A DNA stretch of 64,000 bases, taken from NCBI GenBank assembly GCA_965644315.1, contig CBFFRQ010000064.1, positions 186,001 to 250,000 of the forward strand, in the 5' to 3' direction. The notes below the pieces were generated by a model. That model had not been told where the DNA came from, did not search any database, and worked only from the letters and a program-made list of their open reading frames with translations. The translations under genes were made by a program, and so were the position numbers. Below, one piece after another: positions 1 to 8,610 of this stretch. This DNA comes from Caecitellus pseudoparvulus (taxonomy: Eukaryota; Protista; Bigyra: Bicosoecida). Each line of letters begins with the position of its first letter. The first letter of the stretch is position 1.

Positions 1-878
1 TCGCAGCACTCCAGGCCACGCCCCCCCGCAGCCTGGCACAGCGGTTGTACAGGTGGATCACCGCTGTGAGGGGCAGCATGGCCCAGCGCCCTTCTGTGGG
101 GCCCACCTCCCCACCCCCCCCTCGACCCCCAGCAGCCTTCGCCTCTGCCTACCTGGCCCGGCACTGGTTCGGCACAGGCGACGCGCCGCCGCCCCCCGAC
201 GCACCCGACGCGCCTGCTCGGCGATCTGCCCTGCTCGGCAAGCCCGTGGACTTCATGACCATCGGCACAGACGGCGCCATCCCCGTGGGCACGTGGGCTG
301 TGCTGCAAGACAGCCCCCGCCCCCGCCTGGCCATCCGGCGCCTGGACCTGTCATCCGTGTGGCTGGTGTCTGCGGCACTGGCGCACTCCGTGCAGCTGCA
401 GCAGGTGGAGCGTGCCGTGGAGGGCCTGCACGGCGCCCTGGTGGAGCTGAGTTCGCAGGTGGCGCGGGGGCAGGCCACTGCCGTACCCCGAGCGGCTCTG
501 CACAGCCTGCGCTCCCGGGTGACGCAACTGCGGGACAGCGTGTACCTGTTCAACCTGTGGGGGCGTGCACGCACTGCGCTGGCCCGCAACTCGCCCTCCT
601 CCGCCACTAGCCTGGACAGCCACGCCGGGCATGAGAGGCTGGCGGAGCTGCTGGAGGAGGAGCTGGAGCTGGTCAGCCGGCTGGCGGATGTGGAGGGGGC
701 GCTGGAGCACGTGGACTCCACGGTGAAGTATGTCGTGGCGGAGCAGGAGGAGGGCAGCATCCACCGCCTGGAGGTGCTCATCGTCATCATCCTGTCCCTG
801 GAGCTGGCGTTCTCCCTGTGGGAATTGTCGGGGGGGGGGCATGAGGTCCACGCCAGCGCCGCCGCCCAGGCAGTCTGA
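1..878 (+). CDS. RMD1/DUF155-family protein (5'-partial)
   Basis: Frame is open from the window edge to TGA at 876-878. The SAALAHSVQLQQVE helix and the C-terminal 'RLEVLIVIILSLELAFSL' TM segment match the DUF155/RMD1/RMND1 pattern. Confidence 0.8.
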   Translation, partial: AALQATPPRSLAQRLYRWITAVRGSMAQRPSVGPTSPPPPRPPAAFASAYLARHWFGTGDAPPPPDAPDAPARRSALLGKPVDFMTIGTDGAIPVGTWAVLQDSPRPRLAIRRLDLSSVWLVSAALAHSVQLQQVERAVEGLHGALVELSSQVARGQATAVPRAALHSLRSRVTQLRDSVYLFNLWGRARTALARNSPSSATSLDSHAGHERLAELLEEELELVSRLADVEGALEHVDSTVKYVVAEQEEGSIHRLEVLIVIILSLELAFSLWELSGGGHEVHASAAAQAV

Positions 879-884
879 CGGCAC

Positions 885-894
885 CAATGCATTG
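885..894. terminator. Palindrome CAATGCATTG, candidate bidirectional 3'-end/polyadenylation signal
   Basis: Lies in the 19-bp gap between convergent stops; the same 8-mer recurs in two other convergent gaps. Confidence 0.45.
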
Positions 895-897
895 CGC

Positions 898-3800
898 TCA
901 GGAGACATTCAGCGTGGCCAGAATGTGGGGCGGGAAGTGCCGGTGCAGGAGGGGCGTTGGAAGGCTGCCCAAGGCTGCCAGCGCCGTGATCACCCACAGC
1001 AGGCGCGGAACGTCAGTGGGCACGGAGGGGGACCGCGCAGTCATGGCCTCGTGCACTGCCGTGCGCGTAAAGTGCGCTGTGAACGCCAGGAACTGCGCCG
1101 CCACGTCGGGGTGCAGCTGGCGCAGCAGCGCCCCCACGCCCGCCACCAGCGACAAGCCGTCGTACTGGTGCTTGGCCCGCCGTGCTGGGATCAAGGTGGC
1201 CACCTCCCCGTCGTACTCCAGCTGCCCCACCGCGTGCAGGACGACACAGCCCAAGTACACGCCGAACCAGGGCAGGGCCTCTGCAGTGGAGTAGATCTTA
1301 GCCATGGGGTCCCCCAGGCCCGCCGCCTCCACATGCTTGGACAGCTCGGGCAGCAGTGGGGAGGCCCGGGCGGGGTAGGGCGCCGTGTCTGGGTCTGCGT
1401 AGTGCCGGCGCACATCCCGCATGAGGGCGTCGTTCATGGTGCGCAGGGCGTTGAAGAGCAAGTTGCTGTCCAGGCGGCAGCTGAAGAGCAGCTGGTGCTG
1501 CAGGTGCAAGCGCAGGAGCTGGGAGCGGCCGACGTCCACGAGGAGCCCCGCGATGTCAGGTAGGAACTTGAAGGACTTGAGGGCGGAGGCGAAGCCCTTG
1601 ACGCCTGCGGGGGACACGCGACCGGGTGGGCCCACCGTCAGCACCACGCGCTTCAGCTGGTCCCCGCCGCCGTCCTGCACCGTGCGGTGGAAGCCCTTGA
1701 AGATGCGGTCCACGAGGTGCCCGACGTTGAAGGCGAGGACACGGTCCACGCCCGTGAGGCCCGGTGTGCCCAGGGCGCCGTGCATGAGGCTGAAGAACGT
1801 CAGCCCCAGCACTTCACTCCCGTCGCCTGCCACCCAGCCGTGCGCTGCGGGGGAGTACAGCGCGTGGCCGGGCGCCGCCAGCTCGATGAGGGCGCTGGCC
1901 ATGCGGCCCATGAAGGTGGAGCCGCCCTCGTCCAAGTGCAGGGGGATGGGGCAGGCGCTGGACTGGTGCACGGAGGCGCTGGGCAGGACCTTCTTCTTGA
2001 GGAAGCGGTTGCACTCCTGCTCCGTGTAGAAGGCCAGCACGCGGCCCAGCTCCTGCTGCCACACCTTCAGCCCGTACATGTCCACGTAGTCCTGCACGTA
2101 CTCCAGGCTCTGCTTGAACTTCTCCAGCGTCCCGCGCAGGGCGTGCAGGCCGCCCTTGACACTGGCCAGGGGGTCCCGCCGGCGCCCTCGCCGTAAGTCG
2201 AAGGCCAGGTGCCCGTGCAGCGCTTCAGTGATCTTGTCCACGATGAACTTGGTGATGCCTTCGTGCAGCAGCTGCCGAGGGTCCATTTGGATGACGCCCA
2301 GCATGGTCTCCTTCATGGACATGACGCCTTCCGTGAACACGGAGATGCGGTGGGTGTTGAACGCGATCTCGTGTCGCGCGTCCACCTCCGCCAGCCCTGG
2401 CAGGTGCACCACCTCCAGCAGGGGCGGCATGTTCCCGATGGGCCCCTCCAGGTGCCGCGTGATGCTGGCCAGCAGCTGGAAGACGACGCGCGGGATGATG
2501 CCCAGCACCCGCCGCACGAAGGCGATGAGTTGGGAGGAGTAGAACTCGGCCACCGACGCCGCGTCAGGGGATTCCGCCTGCATGATGCGCTCCACGGGCA
2601 CGTCCAGGACGCTGGTCAGTTTCAGGAACACCGACCGCAGCTCCTGCACCGAGGAGGGGCGCGCCTGGATGTGGCTGTGCATGTGCGGGATGAACTCCCC
2701 CATGATGCCCCACGCCCAGGACAGGTCCGCCGCCGCATCCATGTCATCCAGCAGCCCCTGCTGCAGGTTCACCACCCGCACCATGCTGGTGAGGTGCACC
2801 TCGGTCGCGGCGATGAACTCCTTCACCTGTGTGGAGGTGTCAATGGCCTCGTACTGCAGCACGCTGCCCAGGCCGTCCTTGATGATGCTCTGGATGGTGC
2901 GCCCCGCCACCAGGCTGCGGTGGATGTCCAACGCCTCCACCTGCGCTGCCAGGTGCGCGAAGTGGTCCCGCAGCCCGTCATCCTGTGCGACTCGGGAGAG
3001 GGCGACGTCCCCCCCAAAATATGCCGCCAGGTCCCGCAGCATTTCCACACTGCGCCCACGCTCCTCCGCCCACCGGTCCTCCCGCTGCCCCAGCAGGTCC
3101 CGCACCTGGTCCCGCACTCGGCGCTCCAGGGATGCCGTGCGCATGAGGTGCTGCAGCATGCTGGGCATGTCAATGGGGAACTCCTTCTCCAGGATCTTCC
3201 GGGTCTTGGCGTGGGAGGTGCGCCGCTGCAGCAGCAGCCAGCGCAGGGCCGCGTTGGCCTGGCGCAGGCACTGCAGCAGCGTCTCCCGCTGGTCAATGAC
3301 GAACTGGTCCGTGAGGATGCCCTCCGTGCTGTACTCAGCAATGCCTGCTGCGCTGGCTGCCAGCATGCCGCTCCAGAAGCTGCCCCAGTGCCGGACGGTG
3401 GCCGGCGCGAGGGGGCGAGCGGCCAAGGCGGCGGAGGCGGCCTTGAAGGGTGCCCACTCCACTGTCAGGTCCACCAGCAGGCCCATGTATAGAGGCACGA
3501 CCCAGTTGTCCTCGAAGTGCTTCGTCACCACCTCAGACATGATGTGGGCGTCCTCCAGGGCGGGCGGGTTGAAGTACAGCAGCACATACACCATGGCCGC
3601 CTGCCGCGCTAGGGCTGCCGACCGCATCTCAGGCGCCTTGTACACGCGCGTCATCTCGTACACGTCGTCGGAGCGCAGGACCATGAGGAGCTTGCCCACC
3701 ACGTCCAGCGGCAGCGGCACCCGCCCCAGCAGGCTCCCAGCGTAGTCCGGCGCCCGCCGCTTGTCCCCCGGCACCCACCCACTGTGCTTGCACAGGCGTG

Positions 3801-4359
3801 CCACCTCCTCCAGGTCCTCCAGGGAGCCCTCCCCCTCAATGCGCACGTGGGCGACGATGAGGGCCTCCCGCACCGGGCCGTGGATGCGCAGGTCCAGCAT
3901 GAGCAGCATGACGCCCAGCAGGAACGCCGCCTCGCACATGAGCTGCTTGCCGTCGAAGTTGCGCAGGACGTCTTCCAGGGTGTGCTGAATGTACACGCCT
4001 GCCTTGAGGTCGGCCAGGAACTCCTTCAGCGCCTCGTGGTACACGAGGATGGACTTGAACAGCTTGTAGAAGCGGCTGACGACGTCGCCGTACGACTCGG
4101 CGAACTCTTCATCCAGCTCACTCAGGGCCAAGTCCGCGTTAATCTTCGTCTCGTACATCTCCGAATTGCTGAGGTACTTCAGGTTGAACACCAGCGGCGC
4201 GTAGCGCGTGCTGGCTGGTGTGCCAGGCACGAAGGCGTCAGGCACCGCTTTGGACAGCCGCTGCAGCTCTGCCAAGATGCTGGACCCCTGCGCGACAATG
4301 TGCAGCAAGTGCATGCCGCACTCGCTGTCCTCAGAGAGGAAGCCCCCCCGTGCAGCCAT
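898..4359 (-). CDS. WASHC5: WASH complex subunit 5 (strumpellin), 1153 aa, intronless
   Basis: N-terminus FLSEDSECGMHLLHIVAQGSSILAELQRLS, plus QAAMVYVLLYF, KHFEDNWVVPLYMG, SLEYVQDYVDMYGLKVWQQE and EQECNRFL are all strumpellin motifs; length is typical. Confidence 0.96.
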   Translation of the reverse strand: MAARGGFLSEDSECGMHLLHIVAQGSSILAELQRLSKAVPDAFVPGTPASTRYAPLVFNLKYLSNSEMYETKINADLALSELDEEFAESYGDVVSRFYKLFKSILVYHEALKEFLADLKAGVYIQHTLEDVLRNFDGKQLMCEAAFLLGVMLLMLDLRIHGPVREALIVAHVRIEGEGSLEDLEEVARLCKHSGWVPGDKRRAPDYAGSLLGRVPLPLDVVGKLLMVLRSDDVYEMTRVYKAPEMRSAALARQAAMVYVLLYFNPPALEDAHIMSEVVTKHFEDNWVVPLYMGLLVDLTVEWAPFKAASAALAARPLAPATVRHWGSFWSGMLAASAAGIAEYSTEGILTDQFVIDQRETLLQCLRQANAALRWLLLQRRTSHAKTRKILEKEFPIDMPSMLQHLMRTASLERRVRDQVRDLLGQREDRWAEERGRSVEMLRDLAAYFGGDVALSRVAQDDGLRDHFAHLAAQVEALDIHRSLVAGRTIQSIIKDGLGSVLQYEAIDTSTQVKEFIAATEVHLTSMVRVVNLQQGLLDDMDAAADLSWAWGIMGEFIPHMHSHIQARPSSVQELRSVFLKLTSVLDVPVERIMQAESPDAASVAEFYSSQLIAFVRRVLGIIPRVVFQLLASITRHLEGPIGNMPPLLEVVHLPGLAEVDARHEIAFNTHRISVFTEGVMSMKETMLGVIQMDPRQLLHEGITKFIVDKITEALHGHLAFDLRRGRRRDPLASVKGGLHALRGTLEKFKQSLEYVQDYVDMYGLKVWQQELGRVLAFYTEQECNRFLKKKVLPSASVHQSSACPIPLHLDEGGSTFMGRMASALIELAAPGHALYSPAAHGWVAGDGSEVLGLTFFSLMHGALGTPGLTGVDRVLAFNVGHLVDRIFKGFHRTVQDGGGDQLKRVVLTVGPPGRVSPAGVKGFASALKSFKFLPDIAGLLVDVGRSQLLRLHLQHQLLFSCRLDSNLLFNALRTMNDALMRDVRRHYADPDTAPYPARASPLLPELSKHVEAAGLGDPMAKIYSTAEALPWFGVYLGCVVLHAVGQLEYDGEVATLIPARRAKHQYDGLSLVAGVGALLRQLHPDVAAQFLAFTAHFTRTAVHEAMTARSPSVPTDVPRLLWVITALAALGSLPTPLLHRHFPPHILATLNVS

Positions 4360-4834
4360 GGCGGGCTTGGTGGGCGTGCGGAGTCAAGAGGTGGAGCCAG
4401 GGCGGGGTGGCCCGGCGCTCCTGCACTGCACCACAGATGGAGCGAGCTGGCCCGACGAGCGCTCCAATGACCTGCGAAGCGCCTGTGGCGCACGATGAGA
4501 GTGGAAAGTGAGTGACACCGTGGTGCGATAGAAGTGGCTGCCTTTCCCGGCGCCTGGCCGTCGGGCCGCTGCAGGAGAGCCCCTGCCCACGATTCCTCGC
4601 TCCCTCACCTGGCGCAGCTTCGGCTGCCTTCCCTGCGCACTGGAGCTTGCACAGCCGTGCAGTCCAGGGCACACGCCAAAGTGCTTATCCAGCCAACAAA
4701 CTCAAGGGGCGAATGGCTTCGCTGAACAGTTTTGTGGGCAGGCGGCTCATGGGCCATGCTGCGATTCGCGCTGGCCCGGCACGGCCGCGTTTCGCACACG
4801 CGTTTCGCATGTCATGGCATCTCAGCTCACCGCT

Positions 4835-5347
4835 ATGAGCCAACGCATTGTTTTCACGCTGCGCCTGGAAGATGACGGGGAGGTATCATACCTAGGCGCA
4901 CTGTGCAAGCCTACAGTTCCCCTCGAAAGCGCAGAGAAGCTGCCAAGCGCGCCAGTCAGTCAGCCGGCCTCGACTCCGTCTCAGACGCCGGAGGCAGCAG
5001 CGCCGCCCAACAGCGAACACTCGCGTGATCTGGGTCCTGTGCAATTCGTTTCAGGGCAGAGTACTAACCTAAGGCGCTCGGCGTGGTGGCAGGGCGTGCC
5101 GCTGCCTTCTCAGCTCCCAGCGTTGCCGGACGGGCCGTCGGCGCTACTGCCCGTCTCCTTGGCCGCCCGAGGCGAAATTTGGCAAGCTCAGCAAGCAGAA
5201 CAACAAGAACATGATGTTAAGAAAGCCGCAGACCAGTGCTACGATGCGTTGCGCCAGGGGCTGGACGAGGAGGCTCGACTGGAGGCTGAGGCAGCTGAGT
5301 TGGCCAAAGCTGTGGCCGAGATGCGCCAGCCAGCAGCAAAGCCATGA
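4835..5347 (+). CDS. Hypothetical protein (~170 aa) with C-terminal coiled-coil
   Basis: Uninterrupted ORF with ATG at 4814/4835, protein-like composition and an E/A/K-rich helical C-terminus; fills the gap divergent from WASHC5. Confidence 0.6.
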   Translation: MSQRIVFTLRLEDDGEVSYLGALCKPTVPLESAEKLPSAPVSQPASTPSQTPEAAAPPNSEHSRDLGPVQFVSGQSTNLRRSAWWQGVPLPSQLPALPDGPSALLPVSLAARGEIWQAQQAEQQEHDVKKAADQCYDALRQGLDEEARLEAEAAELAKAVAEMRQPAAKP

Positions 5348-5583
5348 GCCAATTCTGGCTTGGCTGTGCAGCGGTGGGCAGACTGTGCAGGGCATGCCTA
5401 GGTGAGTTTGTGAGGTCTGCGCAGAACGCCACACGTTGAGTGTCTGCGTGATCCGCCTCAGTGGTGACCAGCAACTAGCTGCACCGCGGAATAAATCGCA
5501 ATTCATGTGATAACCACAGTCCATCCGGCTGGGCCTGCTCCGAAGCAAGCACACTCTCACGCCATCTGTCCGCCCCACGCTCC

Positions 5584-6413
5584 ATGGCGGCTGACGAGGG
5601 CGCCAAGGCGCACAGCGCCGCCTCAGCTCATGACCGCCTTGTCTTCAAGCCCAAGGAGCAGACAGTGGACGGGATCACAGTGCTCATTGATAACTACGAC
5701 TCCTTCACCTTCAACATCGTCCAGTACCTGTGCCAGCTGGGCACAGAGGTGCACGTGCGTTGCGGAATTCGGTCCAGCACGCCAACTCCGGGGTGCTGGA
5801 CCTGCACCTTGCGTGAGACTCGCAGGTGTTCCGGAACGACAAAGTTACCCTTGAAGAGCTTGAGGAGCTGAAGCCTGCCCGCGTCGTCCTGTCGCCAGGC
5901 CCGGGACACCCTTCCACAGATGCAGGCGTGTGTGCGGCGGTGCTGGATGCCTGGCAAGGGGTGCGTGCCGCGCACAGCCACAGCCGTGCATTCTGAGATG
6001 CGCCCTCTCCACACTCTTCTCCCACTACCCAGAGGGTGCCCATTCTCGGCGTCTGCATGGGCCTGCAGGTGATGTACGAGGCGTACGGCGGCACCGTCGC
6101 CAGCGCAGGCGAGATCATGCACGGCAAGGCCAGCAGCATGCAGCACGACGGCAAGGGGCTGTTCGCAGGACTGCCCTCCCCGTACACCATCGTGCGGTAC
6201 CACAGCCTGGCAGGCTCGCCCTCCACGCTGCCGGCTGACCTGGAGGTGGCCGCCACCACCGCCGGCGGCATCATCCAAGCCGTCCGCCACCGCAAGTTTA
6301 ACGTCCACGGCGTACAGTTTCACCCCGAGAGCATCCTCACTCAGCACGGCATGGAGCTACTAGGCACGTTCTGTGCCATGCAGGGCGGCATGGCCGAGGC
6401 GGCAGCTGACTGA
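5584..6413 (+). CDS. trpG: Class I glutamine amidotransferase, anthranilate synthase component II (TrpG/PabA type); exons 5584-5754, 5826-5960, 6033-6413
   Basis: Splicing two GT-AG introns (71, 72 nt) gives LIDNYDSFTFNIVQYL, VFRND, LSPGPG, PILGVCMG (catalytic Cys), RYHSL and GVQFHPES (His-Glu). Confidence 0.93.
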
Positions 6414-6459
6414 GCGCCGCGCCATCCTGCAGCGGGGTGCTGCCTGACTCCGCACGCCT

Positions 6460-7105
6460 TCATGGCGGGCCTTTCGACTGTGAAGAGTGACCCGACTGGG
6501 ACTGACCGGTAGGCCCGCCTTGGTCGCCGTCGTCTGCGATGAAGGGGGGCAGTGCCGCCTCGAGCGCCTCCCCGCCCGTGGCTGCTGCAGCTCGCGCCAG
6601 GGTTGTAACGGCTTCGTATAGTGCCACCTTCAGCGCCTTGTTCTCGGCTTTAAGAGATTCCACGATGCTCTCCACTTCTGGGGGGCTGGATGAATACAAG
6701 GCAGCTTCCAACAACTGGCACACCACACGGCAAGAGTTGAGCGTGTGCGGGCAGCTCTCAGCAAGACCAGCAGGATCACACACCTGGCACCGCTCGTTCA
6801 GTGTGGCGTTCTCCTTCGTCAGAAAAACGATGCTGCGCTGCAACTCCTCTGCGTCGCGGGCCAGGCAGGGAGCAAGTGCGCGGGTGCGCTTCGTGTGGTG
6901 CAATTTCCGCACCCACCAGCCCTCGCTTTCTTGCGGAGACGGGACGCCTTGGCCGCCCGGCGGTTGTCCTCAAGCCTGCGAGGGTATCACCGTAGGGCTG
7001 ACAGTGCGCTGGATGACCATGGCTCCCTCTGTGCCAGGCGCTTAGCTGCGGCGTTGCCGTGTGCACCCAACTCTCTCACCTCTTGCTTCGCGATTCATCA
7101 GCCAT
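6460..7105 (-). CDS. bZIP transcription factor; exons 7105-7080, 6975-6917, 6848-6784, 6714-6460
   Basis: Three GT-AG introns (104, 68, 69 nt) join in frame to MADESRSKRLEDNRRAAKASRLRKKARAEELQRSIVFLTKENATLNERCQLLEAAL, which has the N-x7-R basic region followed by a leucine heptad. Confidence 0.88.
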
Positions 7106-7278
7106 GGTACAAGATGAGTGCCCTGTGTGCGAACAGAATGTGCTGGGGAATGCCGTTGCAAGTGGGACGCCACGCTGTTTTGAGTGTGGGGTGTGTTCCA
7201 CACTGTCGCGCGGGGGCAATCCACAGCACCCTTGCTGCATGGTTGCATTGATCCTCCACGCCATGGACGGCTCAGTGC

Positions 7279-8179
7279 TTAGACGGCGACGAGTTCGCCA
7301 ATGGCGCCCTTCTCAGAGACGTAGACACCATCCAGGAACTTGCGGATATCCTTGGTCACGACGCGGGTGCTGCCGTGGATCAGGGCGGCCATCTGGGACA
7401 CGGCATCGATGTCGTTGCCGGTGATCTCCAGCTGGTCCTTGACGTTGGCGGACTTCTCCACGGTGACGCCAGCGGGGATCTTCAGGGCACGGGACAGGCG
7501 CTGGCCGATGAAGTTCTTCACGATCAGCAGGCCCTCCTCGAACTCGATGTTGATGGGGAAATGGGCGTACGCCAGGCGCATCTTGTAGCAGAAGCCCTTG
7601 GTGACACCAGTGATCATGTTCTGGATGTGGGACTGCACGGTGCGCAGGCAGGCCAGCTGCTTGCGGTTGCCGAACCACATGGTCAGCTCCACCTTGGACT
7701 CGGACAGCTTGGTCATCTCCACGGAGATGTGCTTGAAGGAGCGGGTCAGGGAGCCGCGGGGGCCAGTCACCACAACGTTGCGGGCCTTGACCTCCACGGT
7801 GACTGCAAAGGCGCGGAGAGGCGGCGGGCACGTGAGACGCTGTCGCTCGAAAGCCAGGCGGCACACAACAAAGCAGTCCTGCCCTCGACCTCACAGTCCC
7901 CCGCCCAACCTGCCACAGTGGCACAGTCAGCAAATGGTTCACAGATCCCACACAGGGGGCATGCGGCTGCCTGCTTCGGCACACCTGGGCGGCTAGGTGC
8001 CAGAGATCTGCCGGCCGACTGCCTGCGGAAATAGGCGCACCCCCGCTGCCGGCTGCGCCACCCTCCTCTGCCTTCCCATGCACGCACACCCGACGAGACA
8101 GCACGGAATCTGATCAAACATGGCCGCACGTACCACCCTCGGGGACCTCCACGAAGCGCTGGGCCTGGACGATGCGCAT
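7279..8179 (-). CDS. RPL9: 60S ribosomal protein L9 (uL6); exons 8179-8134, 7802-7279
   Basis: MRIVQAQRFVEVPEG|VTVEVKARNVVVTGPRG...GFCYKMRLAYAHFPIN...KDIRKFLDGVYVSEKG; one 331-nt GT-AG intron in the correct phase. Confidence 0.97.
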
Positions 8180-8610
8180 GCTTGGTACTGTGTTGGGCTT
8201 GCTGAAGGGGCCGAAACCACACTATGCGAGCAGCGCAGGGGATTCTGCAGTGCACACAATCTCAGCAACGAGACTTGACGACGAAGGGGCATGCAGCACT
8301 GTGTCAGTCTTGAAAAGTGCCGTCTGTCGGTCAGCAGCGCGACTTCGCAGAAATCGTTCTCGAAAATACGCCGCGCGAATGATGCAAAAATGTGACGTGA
8401 GGGTCCCTGACTTGGCTCCGGGCGAGGCACGCCAGCCAGGCACAAACCACTGCACGATGCGTGCTGACCCTGCGCGTCGACTTGCTCAGAAGGCGCGAAG
8501 CTTGAAGTCATCGCGGTTCACCTCCCACAGCCCCGCGCTGCTGCTGCTGCAGGCTCCCTCACCCGCTTTGGCGTGTCTGATTCCGCACGATCCCAGCCCT
8601 ACTCAGCAAC

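Noticed and set aside
730-4470. Long antisense or alternate-frame ORFs (e.g. 2209-3492, 2582-3745) over strumpellin, and similar ones throughout the window
   Set aside because: Shadow ORFs expected from high GC and codon bias; no motifs, and they overlap well-supported genes.
7803-8133. C/D-box snoRNA inside the RPL9 intron
   Set aside because: No canonical RTGATGA box paired with CTGA and a terminal stem; not called as a feature.
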